124,000 nucleotides of DNA from Hyalangium minutum (GTDB lineage: Bacteria; Myxococcota; Myxococcia; Myxococcales; Myxococcaceae), in the NCBI RefSeq assembly GCF_000737315.1, contig NZ_JMCB01000013.1:20001-144000 (forward strand). Reading direction: 5' to 3'. Below are positions 26,361 through 37,513 of the stretch, piece by piece. The notes below the pieces were generated by a model. The model did not search any database. It was given only the letters and a program-made list of their open reading frames with translations, and was not told the DNA's origin. The position numbers and the translations under genes were made by a program. Position 1 is the stretch's first letter, and every line of letters starts with the position of its first letter.

Positions 26361-29300
26361 ATGTCCCGTCCCAGCCGCACCCTCCAGGTCTTCCCCGACG
26401 CATCCCGTCGCCAGCAAGTGCTGTGCGCCGCACGGGAAAAGCGCGGCCTCGTGCTGGCCGCGGGTTGGCTCACGTGGGACGAGCTCGTCAACGCCCTGGG
26501 TGGAGCAGCCGAGCTCCAGCGTCGCCCGTGTCCGGCCTCTACCTCGCGCGTCCTCATGGGCGCGCTGGCGCAGCAGCTGGGGGAGACGCCCTTCGGAGAC
26601 TTTGTCCACGAGCCCGCCTTCGCGCGCGCCGCGGTGGAGCTGGCGCTCGACATGAAGGCGGGCCGGCTCACCCCGCGTGAACTCCATGATGCCGCCGAGT
26701 CGCTCCCGCCCGACCGCAGGGCCCGGGTTCGCGTGCTGGCCCGGCTGTGCGAGTCCTACGAGCGACGCATGGCCGAGCTGGGGCTCGCGGACCGCGAGGA
26801 CGTGGTGCGCGGCTCGCGCGAGGCGCTCATTCGCAAGCAGTGGCCGGCGGGCTGGGAGGACGTGGGGTCCATCGTGCTGCACGGGGTGTACGACGTGCGG
26901 CCCGCGGCGCTGGAGATGCTCCTGGCGCTGTCCTCGCTGTGCGAGGCGCGGAAGATCTCGCTCCGGGTGGAGACGCCGGTGGGCGGCTCACTGGCGGCGG
27001 ACGCGGCGCTGGCGTCGCTGTTCCGCGCGTTCGAGAGCCGTGGCGAGACCGTGGGCCACGTGGACCTGTTCAAGGCGGATCTCACCTTCGAGGGCCGCCC
27101 GTTGTCCGAGCTGGGCCGCCACCTCTTCTCTCCAAAGGTGGCCCGAGGGGCATTGGCGGCCACGGCGGCCGGCAACCTGCGCATGTGGAGTGTGGGCACC
27201 GCGCAGGATGAGGCGCGGCAGCTCGCTCGGGACGTGCGGCGGCTCATCGGCGAGGGTGTCTCTCCGGGGCGCATCGCCGTGGCGTGGCGCGAGCTGGGCC
27301 CGGAGGCGCGGTGGTTGGCGGCGGCGCTCGAGGAGCTTGGTGTGCCGGTGCGCCTGCCGTGGGGCGAGCCGCTGGTGCTCACGAGCCCGGTCCGGTTGGC
27401 GGTGGAGCTGCCGCTGCTCGTGGAGGATGGCTTCCCAGCCACGCGTGTGGCGGAACTCGTGGCCAGCCGCTACGCGCCCACGCTCTCGCGAGGGGCTCCG
27501 GATGCGCCCGCTACGCTCTTTACGCTGGCGGCTGTCCGGGACGATCGGCTCGGAGCGCTGCGTGGGCGCGGTGCGTATGACGTGCGCCTGGAGGGCTTGG
27601 CCAAGCGCTTGAGGAAGGCCCAGGACCCGCAGGCCCACTCGGTGAGCGTGCTGCGCGAGCGGTGCCTGAGGTTGATGGAGCAGTGCCGCCGCATCCCCGA
27701 GGCAGGCACGGCGCTGGAGCTGCTCGGGGCGTGGTGGGGCGTGGTGCGGCAGCTCGGGCTCCAGGATACGGAGGGACCGCTGGCTCAGCGGGACGAGGGA
27801 ATGCTGGGCGCGCACGCGCTGGAGGCCCGGGCTCGGGACGATGCCGCGCGGCAGGCGCTGCGCCTCCGGATTGGCGAGCTGGAGCGCTCTCTGCGCCGGG
27901 TGGGCGGAGGCCCGAGGCTCTCGCGTCGCCTCTTCGGGCGGTGGCTGGCGGACGCAGTGAAGGACTTGCACCTGCCCGCGCGGGGCCCGTCTTCGGGGGC
28001 GGTGGAGGTGCTCGACATCCGCGACGTGCCAGGGCGGACGTTCGGCTACCTGTTCCTGGCGGGGATGACGGAGGGCCGCTTCCCGGGGCACGAGGAGCCG
28101 CACGCGTTGCTGGGAGATGCGGATCGGTCGGGGCTCAACCAATACCTGCGGCGCGAGGCCTTCCGGCTCACGGGCGGCGAGTTCGAGGAGCGCGCGCCGT
28201 GGCGGCTGACGGAGGATCGGCTGCTGTTCGCGAGTGCGCTGGTAGCGGCCGAGCAGCGGGTGAGCCTGTCCTATTCGGTGGCGGGGGCGGGTGGGCAGGA
28301 GCAGGTGCCCTCATCGTTCCTGGAGGAAGTGCGGCGGCTGACGGGGATGACGTGGGAGGCGCGGGCGCTGATGGCGGTGCCTCCGCTGGACGACGTGCTG
28401 ACGGAGCCGGAGCTGCGGCAGCGGGTGGCGCTGGAGACGATGGCGCCGGCGCAGCTGCGCGTCACGGAGCCGGACGTGGCAGGCAAGCTGCTCAAGCGGC
28501 GCTTCGAGACGGAGGAGTGGTTCTTGGCGGCCCGGGAGCTGGCGCGGGTGGAGTACCAGCGGCTGCACTTCTTCAGCAATCCCACGAGCGAGGTGGGCCC
28601 CTACACGGGCGCGGTGGACGGCCCGGGGGTTCGCGAGGCGCTGCGGGAGACGTTCCGCTTTGACATTAAGAAGCCGCTGTCGGCGTCGGCGCTGGCGCGG
28701 TTTGGCAACTGTGGCTTCCAGGGCTTCCTGGCGTACGGGCTGAGGGTGGAGGAGCCGGAGGCGCCGGGCGAGGAGTTCGACGCGCGAGGCCGGGGCACGT
28801 TCTGGCACCGGGTGGTGGAGGAGGTGTTCATCCGGCTGAAGCAGAAGGGGCTGCTGGGTAAGGGGCTGCCAGAGATTCCGGACGAGGTGCTCACCGAGGC
28901 GTTGAACGAGGCGGTGGCCTACTTCGAGGAGCGCTACCACGTGGGGCACCCGGCGCTGTGGAAGCTGGCGAAGGAGCGGGCCCGGGCGATGGTGCGGCGG
29001 ATCCTCGCGCACGAGCGGCGCGGCCTCCCGTTCGATCGCTACGAGCCGGAGGGCTTCGAGCTGACGTTCGGGCCGGAAGCGGACCCGGGCCCGTGGCAGA
29101 ACGTGTTCCTGTACGCGGGCGACGAGGCCATCTACTTCGAGGGGAAGATCGACCGGCTGGACAAGGCCGCGGGGGACGTGGGGGTCATCGACTACAAGTC
29201 CGGGCGGCTGGACCGGAACACGTTGCGGGAGAAGCTGCTCTCGTCGGACTTCCAGCTGCCGCTGTACCTGTTCGCGGCGAGGGCGAGCGGGCACAAGGAG

Positions 29301-29579
29301 GCGCGCAAGGCGGCATGGTTCTCGTTGCGCACGGGCGAGGTGCTGGACTTGTCCAAGGTGCTTTCGGACGAGGAAGTGGACGGCATGCTGTCCACGGATC
29401 CGGAGGTGCGGGCGAAGCTGGCGGAGGAGGGCAAGCCGAATCTGGCCAACGCAGTGGAGGGCCTGGTGAAGAACACGCGTGAGGGCAAGTTCGGCATGCG
29501 TCCGAAGGACTGTGGCCGGTGCGGCTATCGCGCGGCGTGCCGGATTACAGAGCGGCGGGTGGTGGAGGAGAGTGCATGA
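26361..29579 (+). CDS. addB: AddB/AdnA-like inactive-helicase plus PD-(D/E)XK nuclease with Fe-S staple
   Basis: GKIDRLD...IDYKSG; Cys in FGNCGF and CGRCGYRAAC; ATGA overlap with next gene. Confidence 0.8.
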   Translation: MSRPSRTLQVFPDASRRQQVLCAAREKRGLVLAAGWLTWDELVNALGGAAELQRRPCPASTSRVLMGALAQQLGETPFGDFVHEPAFARAAVELALDMKAGRLTPRELHDAAESLPPDRRARVRVLARLCESYERRMAELGLADREDVVRGSREALIRKQWPAGWEDVGSIVLHGVYDVRPAALEMLLALSSLCEARKISLRVETPVGGSLAADAALASLFRAFESRGETVGHVDLFKADLTFEGRPLSELGRHLFSPKVARGALAATAAGNLRMWSVGTAQDEARQLARDVRRLIGEGVSPGRIAVAWRELGPEARWLAAALEELGVPVRLPWGEPLVLTSPVRLAVELPLLVEDGFPATRVAELVASRYAPTLSRGAPDAPATLFTLAAVRDDRLGALRGRGAYDVRLEGLAKRLRKAQDPQAHSVSVLRERCLRLMEQCRRIPEAGTALELLGAWWGVVRQLGLQDTEGPLAQRDEGMLGAHALEARARDDAARQALRLRIGELERSLRRVGGGPRLSRRLFGRWLADAVKDLHLPARGPSSGAVEVLDIRDVPGRTFGYLFLAGMTEGRFPGHEEPHALLGDADRSGLNQYLRREAFRLTGGEFEERAPWRLTEDRLLFASALVAAEQRVSLSYSVAGAGGQEQVPSSFLEEVRRLTGMTWEARALMAVPPLDDVLTEPELRQRVALETMAPAQLRVTEPDVAGKLLKRRFETEEWFLAARELARVEYQRLHFFSNPTSEVGPYTGAVDGPGVREALRETFRFDIKKPLSASALARFGNCGFQGFLAYGLRVEEPEAPGEEFDARGRGTFWHRVVEEVFIRLKQKGLLGKGLPEIPDEVLTEALNEAVAYFEERYHVGHPALWKLAKERARAMVRRILAHERRGLPFDRYEPEGFELTFGPEADPGPWQNVFLYAGDEAIYFEGKIDRLDKAAGDVGVIDYKSGRLDRNTLREKLLSSDFQLPLYLFAARASGHKEARKAAWFSLRTGEVLDLSKVLSDEEVDGMLSTDPEVRAKLAEEGKPNLANAVEGLVKNTREGKFGMRPKDCGRCGYRAACRITERRVVEESA

Positions 29580-32500
29580 GCGCGGTGTCGCCCCTGGCGC
29601 TGGAGCGCAACCTGGCGCTCATGGCGGGCGCCGGCGCGGGCAAGACGTACAGCTTGGTGACGATGGTGCTGCACCTGTTCGCGGGAGCGCGCGAGGGGCT
29701 CGCTCCGCTCAAGCCGTCGCGGCTGTGCATGCTGACGTTCACGGACAAGGCCGCGGCGGAGATGCGGGCCCGGACGCGCACCCGCTTGGACGCGCTGGCG
29801 CAGGGGGAAGCCGAGGAGCCGGAGCTGCGCGCCTCGCTGGAGCGGCTGGGGCGGCCATTTCCCTCGCAGGACTCGTGGCGGGCGCTGCGGGAGGAGCTCG
29901 GGGCTGCGACGGTGGGCACGTTCCATTCGCTCTGCGGACAGCTGCTGCGCCGGGCGCCTCCGGGGTTGGGGATTGATCCGGCCTTCGAGGTGCTGGATGA
30001 GCTGGAGGCGCTCGGCCTGGTGCAGGACGTGTGCGAGCGCGTGGTGCTGGACGGCCTGGAGTCGGGGGACCTCCGCGTCACGGAGCTGTGCCAGGAGCTG
30101 ACGTTCTCCGGCTCAGGGTTCTCGGACGGACTGGTGGCGTCACTGCGGCAGGTCTACGGCAAGCTGCGCGAGGAAGGATTGCGCGCGGCCACTGCGGCGC
30201 TGTCGAGCCCGGAGGAGGCCCGCGCGGAGCTGGTAACGCTCATCCAGGAGGGACTCAAGCACTGCCAGGAGGCGCGGGAGCTGGACGCGAAGGGCGAGTG
30301 GGGTCGGTTGATCTCCGCGTGCGAGCGAGCGCTCCAGCCGATGACGCCGGAGAACTTGGGCGAGCCAGACCGGCTGCCCTCGCTGAAGGCGGCGTTCATC
30401 GCGGATGGCCGGAACTTCGCGAGGCTGAGCAAGGGCGCGGCGGGCCCCATCCGCTCGCTGTACTGGCTGACCCGCGGCAAGAGCGACGGCTCGGTGATGC
30501 GGCTGGAGGATGCGTACGCCGCGTGGCGGACGGCGCCCTTCGAGGCCACCTTCCGGGACTTGCTCGGCAAGGTGGAGGTCCGCCACGAGGGCGAGTTCAT
30601 CCGCCGCAACGTCTTCGACTTCACGGCGCTGCTGGTGAAGGCGCGGGACTTGCTGAGAGACCACCCGAGCTTCCGCCGTCAGGTGCAGGAGCGCATGGGC
30701 GCGCTGCTGGTGGACGAGTTCCAGGACACGAACCGCCTGCAGCTGGAGCTGGTGCTGTTGCTCTCGGAGCTGCGAGAGGGAGGCCCTCGGCCGGTGCGTC
30801 CGGACGAGGATCTGCGCGCCAGGCTCCCATTGGAGCCTGCGTTCCTGTGCGCGGTGGGAGATCGCAAGCAGTCCATCTACGAGTTCCGTGGCGCGGACGT
30901 CTCGGTGTTCACACTGCTGGCGGACAAGATCGTCTCCGAGGGAGGTGTGAGGGATTTCCTCCGGTTCAACCGCCGCTCGGTGCCAGCGCTGCTGGACTTC
31001 TTCAACCGGACGTTCGCGGGGGTACTGGTGGCGAGCGATCCGCCGCGGCCCTACGAGGTGGTGTACGTGCCGGAGGAGGACGATCTCTCCCCGGTCCGCC
31101 GCGAGCTGGCCGAGGCGCCTGCGGTGGAGCGGTTGGTGCTCGGGGAGGCGGAGTCCTCGGCGGACGCACGTAATAAGGATGCGGAGGCCGTGGCGAGGCG
31201 CCTCCGGGTGATGTTGGCACCGGGTGCGGATCCTTGCGTGACGGACGAGGATGGCCAGCGTCTGCGGCCCGCTCGAGGCGGCGAGGTGGCCATCCTCCTG
31301 AGGACCTTCACGCACCTGGAGGTGTACCGGCAGGCGCTGATCCGGCACGGCGTGCCGCACAGGGTGCTGCGGGGCCGGGGCTTCTACGGTGCGCAGGAGG
31401 TGTTGGATCTGGCCTCCTTGCTGGCGCTGCTGGCGGACTCGGAGGACACGTTGGCGCTGACGGCGGTGCTGCGTTCTCCGCTGGTGGGGCTGTCGGACGC
31501 GTCGCTGTTCCGGCTCTCGGGCCCGAACGGACTCACGCTGGCGGAGATCCAGAAGAAGGACCTGGACACGTGCGAGCTCCCGCCTCGCGAGCGCCTGAGG
31601 CTGGAGCGATTTCTGGCGGCACTGCCCTCGTTGAGGCGCGAGCGGGATCGGCTCGGAGTGCGCGCGCTGCTTCAGGTCGCGCTGGAAGTCACGGGCTACC
31701 GGGAGGCGATGGCGGGCTCACCGTACGCGGAGCAGGCCAGCGCCAACATCGACAAGCTGCTGGCGCTCGCGGCCCGTCGCGACGAGCGAGGCACGGGAGG
31801 GTGCACGGCGTTCGCGAGGGAGCTGCGGATGCTCGCGGACGCGGACCCCACCGAGGCGCAGGCGGACCTGCTGGACGCGGGAGATCCCCGTGCGGTGCAG
31901 ATCCTCACGATCCACCGGGCGAAGGGGCTCGAGTGGCCGGTGGTGGTGGTGCCCGCGCTCGGGGGCAAGCGGCGCAACACGAGCGCGCGGGCGCACTTCG
32001 AGCGCACGCACGGGCTGGTGCTGCGCCCCTGGTTGCCGGACACGCTGGAGGACTTCCGCTCCCGGCGCTTCGACCGGGTGAGAGAGGAGCTCAAGTCCCG
32101 CGAGTTCGCCGAGTACCGGCGGCTCCTCTACGTAGCGCTCACGCGAGCCCGGGACATGCTGATCCTCTCGGGCTCGGCGGAGCGCGGCGCTTCGGACTCC
32201 TGGTGGCACATGATGGAGGCGCGCTTGGACGCGGACGCGGGCCTCCGGCGCCGGGTGCTGGACGTGGAGGTGGACTCACTTCCACCACCCGCCGACCCCT
32301 TGCCGCCGAGTGCAGAGGAACTCGCGGAAGCAGAGGCCCGGGTGGAGGCGGCCCTGGAGCGCGTCCGAGGCGGTGTCTCCCTGCCCGAGCCCGAAGAAGC
32401 CATCGTCTCGGCGGCGCAGCTCCAGGACTTCATGGCGTGCCCGAGGCGCTACCGCTACGTGCACCAGCTGGGAATGAGCGGGCCGCGGCCGTGGGAGCTG

Positions 32501-33214
32501 CCGGCGAGGACGGTGCCGCCATGGGTGGAGCTCGAGCCCTGGCTGGAGACGCGGGGCCCGGCGCAGCTGGTGCCGTTGCTGCTGCGGGACGTGGATCTTC
32601 AGATGGCGGAGGCCCCTGTCTCGGAGCGGCGCCCTCACTTGGAGAAGCTGCTGCGGTACATGGGGCGGCAGCCGGACGAGGAGGGGATGGACGAGGTGCT
32701 GGGGATGGTGGATCGCTTCCTCGGGACGGAACTGGCGCGGAAGCTGGCCGCGAGCCCGTCAGCGAGCATTCATCGGGAACTCTCCTACCTGCTGGATCTG
32801 CCTTCGGCGTCCGCGAGGGGCCGGACGGCCGTGAGCGGGACCTTGGATCTGTTGTGGGAGACGCCGGAGGGGGAGGCGTGGGTGTTGGCGTGGCGCCCAT
32901 CGAAGCGTCATCCGCTGGGCGTCTCGGCCTTCGCGAACGAGCTGATGGCCCAGGGGCTCGCGGCGAAGCGCCTGGTGCGCGAGGGTGTGGCGGTGCGGGT
33001 AGGGGTGGTGTTCTTGGGGGAACCCACGCTGGCGGCGGAATTCCTGACGTTGCCGGGAGGCTGGGAGGAGCGGGCGGGGCGGCTGGCGGAGGCGGTGCGG
33101 GCCCTGGTCCGAGGGGAACTCCGCAGGGAGTGGCCGGGGCGGGAGCGGGAGACCTGCCAAGCACTGCATTGTGGCTTCGCGGAACACTGTCACGGCGCCC
33201 CAGGGGCGTGCTAA
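29576..33214 (+). CDS. addA: AddA/UvrD-like SF1 helicase with degenerate C-terminal nuclease
   Basis: AGAGAGKT, VDEFQDTN, VGDRKQSIY, TIHRAKGLEW, YVALTRA. Confidence 0.85.
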   Translation: MSAVSPLALERNLALMAGAGAGKTYSLVTMVLHLFAGAREGLAPLKPSRLCMLTFTDKAAAEMRARTRTRLDALAQGEAEEPELRASLERLGRPFPSQDSWRALREELGAATVGTFHSLCGQLLRRAPPGLGIDPAFEVLDELEALGLVQDVCERVVLDGLESGDLRVTELCQELTFSGSGFSDGLVASLRQVYGKLREEGLRAATAALSSPEEARAELVTLIQEGLKHCQEARELDAKGEWGRLISACERALQPMTPENLGEPDRLPSLKAAFIADGRNFARLSKGAAGPIRSLYWLTRGKSDGSVMRLEDAYAAWRTAPFEATFRDLLGKVEVRHEGEFIRRNVFDFTALLVKARDLLRDHPSFRRQVQERMGALLVDEFQDTNRLQLELVLLLSELREGGPRPVRPDEDLRARLPLEPAFLCAVGDRKQSIYEFRGADVSVFTLLADKIVSEGGVRDFLRFNRRSVPALLDFFNRTFAGVLVASDPPRPYEVVYVPEEDDLSPVRRELAEAPAVERLVLGEAESSADARNKDAEAVARRLRVMLAPGADPCVTDEDGQRLRPARGGEVAILLRTFTHLEVYRQALIRHGVPHRVLRGRGFYGAQEVLDLASLLALLADSEDTLALTAVLRSPLVGLSDASLFRLSGPNGLTLAEIQKKDLDTCELPPRERLRLERFLAALPSLRRERDRLGVRALLQVALEVTGYREAMAGSPYAEQASANIDKLLALAARRDERGTGGCTAFARELRMLADADPTEAQADLLDAGDPRAVQILTIHRAKGLEWPVVVVPALGGKRRNTSARAHFERTHGLVLRPWLPDTLEDFRSRRFDRVREELKSREFAEYRRLLYVALTRARDMLILSGSAERGASDSWWHMMEARLDADAGLRRRVLDVEVDSLPPPADPLPPSAEELAEAEARVEAALERVRGGVSLPEPEEAIVSAAQLQDFMACPRRYRYVHQLGMSGPRPWELPARTVPPWVELEPWLETRGPAQLVPLLLRDVDLQMAEAPVSERRPHLEKLLRYMGRQPDEEGMDEVLGMVDRFLGTELARKLAASPSASIHRELSYLLDLPSASARGRTAVSGTLDLLWETPEGEAWVLAWRPSKRHPLGVSAFANELMAQGLAAKRLVREGVAVRVGVVFLGEPTLAAEFLTLPGGWEERAGRLAEAVRALVRGELRREWPGRERETCQALHCGFAEHCHGAPGAC

Positions 33215-34537
<1,323 letters not shown>

Positions 34538-34555
34538 CACAGCCAGGAGTTACCC

Positions 34556-35929
34556 ATGATGGCCCGTTGCCTCGTCATCGGTCTCACGGTCGCGCTCCTG
34601 GGCGCGGCACAACCGTCGGCTCCGGCCGAGGCGGCCTTCCTGAAGGGGGAGAAGGCGCTCGCGGCGAACAAGCTGGACGATGCAGCGGCGGCCTACCGCA
34701 AGGCGTTGGATGCGACGCCCAACTGGGCACCGGCGATCAACGGCCTGGGCAGCGTGCTCTTCAAGAAGGGCCAGTCGGTGGAGGCCATCGCGCTCTTCAA
34801 GTCCGCGACCGAGGCGGATCCGGACTTCAAGCTGGCGTGGTTCAACCTGGGCTACGCGGCGCGCAAGTCCGGGGACTTCGCCACGGCGGCGCGGGCCTAC
34901 GAGCGCTACACGCAGCTGGATTCGAATGATCCGGATGGCTTCTACGGGCTGGGGGAGAGCTACCGTCAACTGGGCGAGCCCGCCAAGGCGATCACCGCCT
35001 ACGAGACCTATGTCTCGCGCGAGAAGCGCCCCAGCGAGCAGAAGTGGGTGGAGAAGGCGCGCGAGCAGGTAACGGCCCTGCGCGCCCAGACCGCGGCCCC
35101 TGCTGCGGCTCCTCCTGCGGCTCCGGCCCCTGCTGTGGCGGTGGTGGCCACTCCGGCGCCCGCGGCCTCCCCTGCGGCGGGCCCGGCCGTTGCTCCCGCC
35201 CCCCTCATCCCAGCCAGTCAGCTGAACCGGAACCTCTCCATCACCCGGGCGCGTGATGGCGATGCGCTGATGAAGGAGCGCCGGTACCGCGAAGCGACCT
35301 TTGCCTACTTGGACGCGGTGCACGCGGATCCGTTCAACACGGAGGCGCTCTTCAAACTGGGGAACGCACTGGCGGTGCTGGGCTACTACGCTCAAGCCGT
35401 GGAGTACTGGAGCCGTGCGGCGGGCTCCACCCAGGACGCGGCCATCCGCCAGAGCGCGCTGGACAACGTGGCCAAGGCGCAGGGGCGAATCGCGCAGCAG
35501 GGGGGCTCTCCGCAGGCACAGGGCGTGGCTCCCGGCTTCGGGCCGCTGGCGGACACGACGCGCACCCAGGCGCGCGGGGCCTACGAGCAGGGAGTTCAGC
35601 GCATCCAGGCGCGGGACTATGCGGGAGCGCTGCAGAGCCTCACGCAGGCCATCCAGTTGGAGCCGACGCTGGCGGTGGCCTTCATCGCGCGTGGGAGTGC
35701 CTACATTGGCCTGCGCCGGTACGCAGAGGCGGCGGTGGACTACGAGTACGCACTTCGTCTGGCACCGGACATGGCCTCACCGCTGTATGGGCTGGGGGAG
35801 AGCTACCGGATGCTCGGGCGGAGCGCGGAGGCGCGCGCCAGCTACGAGCGTTATGCCACCTCGACGGCCAAAGACGTGCGGCCCGAACTCCAGGCCGAGG
35901 CACGGCAGAACGCCGAGCGCCTGCGCTGA
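34556..35929 (+). CDS. Exported TPR-repeat protein
   Basis: Signal peptide, multiple TPR units, Pro/Ala linker. Confidence 0.85.
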   Translation: MMARCLVIGLTVALLGAAQPSAPAEAAFLKGEKALAANKLDDAAAAYRKALDATPNWAPAINGLGSVLFKKGQSVEAIALFKSATEADPDFKLAWFNLGYAARKSGDFATAARAYERYTQLDSNDPDGFYGLGESYRQLGEPAKAITAYETYVSREKRPSEQKWVEKAREQVTALRAQTAAPAAAPPAAPAPAVAVVATPAPAASPAAGPAVAPAPLIPASQLNRNLSITRARDGDALMKERRYREATFAYLDAVHADPFNTEALFKLGNALAVLGYYAQAVEYWSRAAGSTQDAAIRQSALDNVAKAQGRIAQQGGSPQAQGVAPGFGPLADTTRTQARGAYEQGVQRIQARDYAGALQSLTQAIQLEPTLAVAFIARGSAYIGLRRYAEAAVDYEYALRLAPDMASPLYGLGESYRMLGRSAEARASYERYATSTAKDVRPELQAEARQNAERLR

Positions 35930-35994
35930 ATATGCAGACGTTATCCGCTGAGGGATGGGTGGCGGATGTCACACCCGTGCCTTAGCTTGTCTGC

Positions 35995-36423
35995 ATGGAC
36001 GGGCGTAATTCCGAAGCTGCGGGCCGGCAGGTGTTTCGTCCTCGGCGTGTGCTCGCGGCGCTGATGGCGGCTGCGGGGCTGCTGTGGGTGATGGTGTTGG
36101 TGTACCTGCTGAGCTTCGAGGGCGTCCCGCTCAAGACATTTCTGGCGGTGATCTTCTTCGTCGTCTTCTTCGGTGTGTCGGTGATGTACTACGCCCGGAC
36201 GCGGATCGTGGTGGACGCGGGAGGCATCACCTACCGGGGCATGGTGCGCACGAAGCGCTTCTCCTTCAAGGAGATCCGCAAGGTGGACGTGCTGCCGGGT
36301 CCAGTCACGGTGTACGCCATCCGGGACACGGGTGGTGGCCTGGTGCACTTCACGAGCTTCTTCACGCACCACCAGCGGCTCGCGGCGCTGCTCGTGGAGC
36401 GAGCGGGTCTCAGGCCGGTCTGA
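35995..36423 (+). CDS. Membrane protein with bacterial PH-like domain
   Basis: Two TM helices followed by beta-rich RIVVDAGGITYR segment. Confidence 0.7.
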   Translation: MDGRNSEAAGRQVFRPRRVLAALMAAAGLLWVMVLVYLLSFEGVPLKTFLAVIFFVVFFGVSVMYYARTRIVVDAGGITYRGMVRTKRFSFKEIRKVDVLPGPVTVYAIRDTGGGLVHFTSFFTHHQRLAALLVERAGLRPV

Positions 36424-36440
36424 CCCGAGGCCCATAGGCT

Positions 36441-37286
36441 TCACCCTACCAGCGCATACGTCACGAGCACTCCAGCCACGGCTGACGCCACGCCCAGGCC
36501 GATGAGCCACCACTCGGTCAGTGACGGCTGATGGGCGGTCTCAGCCATGGGCGGTGGGGACATGTCTGAAAGCTCGGCGGGCAGCGGAGCGGGCTCAGAG
36601 TCTGCAGAGGGCTCGGAGGCTGGAGGCGGCTCTTCCACGGCGGCCTGGAAGCGCAGGAGCGTCTTCCCCATCTCAATGACGTCCCCATCCGAGAGCAGCT
36701 CGGATCCCTGTACACGGCGGCCGTTGAGGTACACGCCATTGGGACTGTTCAGGGCCACGAGGGTGAACTGAGCGCCCTGACGTAAGACGCGGCCATGAGA
36801 GCGCGAGACGGTTCGGTCTCTCAAGCGGAAGGTCATCTGGGCTCCGCGGCCGATGTCGGTCTTCTCTTCGGCCAAAGGAAAGGTGCGGCCCACATCCAGG
36901 CCCGTGAGGCAGGTGAGGGTGGCGGCGCGAGAGCGGACCAGGCCATCACCATCGGTGAGCAGGTGCTTGAGCACGGCCACAGTGCCCATTCCCCGAGAGC
37001 CTCCTTTCGAGGAGTCGAGGATCTTCAGGCGCATGTCCTCGGGCAACCCCACCACTTCGCCGGGGAGCACCAGCCGAGGCACTCCCGGCGGAACGAGCAC
37101 GCCATTCACGGTGAAGGTCTGCGAGGTCCCCACTGTCAGGCGAGAGCCCTCAATGGTCAGCTTGAGGAAGCTGGGAGGCAGTGCCTCCAGCCGGACATGG
37201 TCGTTGGGGCCTCCTCCCAGCAGGTGCTGGCCGTCGGTCAGCTCGAACGGAGTGGCCGTTCCCAAGTGCTCGAATTCGAAGTGCAT
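36441..37286 (-). CDS. FHA-domain protein with C-terminal TM anchor
   Basis: IGRG...TVSRSH...SPNGVYLNG FHA; second degenerate FHA at N-terminus. Confidence 0.85.
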   Translation of the reverse strand: MHFEFEHLGTATPFELTDGQHLLGGGPNDHVRLEALPPSFLKLTIEGSRLTVGTSQTFTVNGVLVPPGVPRLVLPGEVVGLPEDMRLKILDSSKGGSRGMGTVAVLKHLLTDGDGLVRSRAATLTCLTGLDVGRTFPLAEEKTDIGRGAQMTFRLRDRTVSRSHGRVLRQGAQFTLVALNSPNGVYLNGRRVQGSELLSDGDVIEMGKTLLRFQAAVEEPPPASEPSADSEPAPLPAELSDMSPPPMAETAHQPSLTEWWLIGLGVASAVAGVLVTYALVG

Positions 37287-37513
37287 GCGTCGGGACTGAG
37301 CAACCTTGATGCCAACCCAGGTCCGCTCGTAAACGCCCCCACCGACCGTCCATGGCCGTGGACGGACCGTCTCCGTCGCGAGACGCTTCACCCCCAGTCT
37401 CCCCTCGCACTCCAGCCCAAGTGGTCTGCTTGTCAGACCAGTTTGCGGGCAGCACGGCCAGCCCCGGGGTTTTCTGCACCCACCGAGGCCACTCCGTTAG
37501 GATTCCGGCGCCG

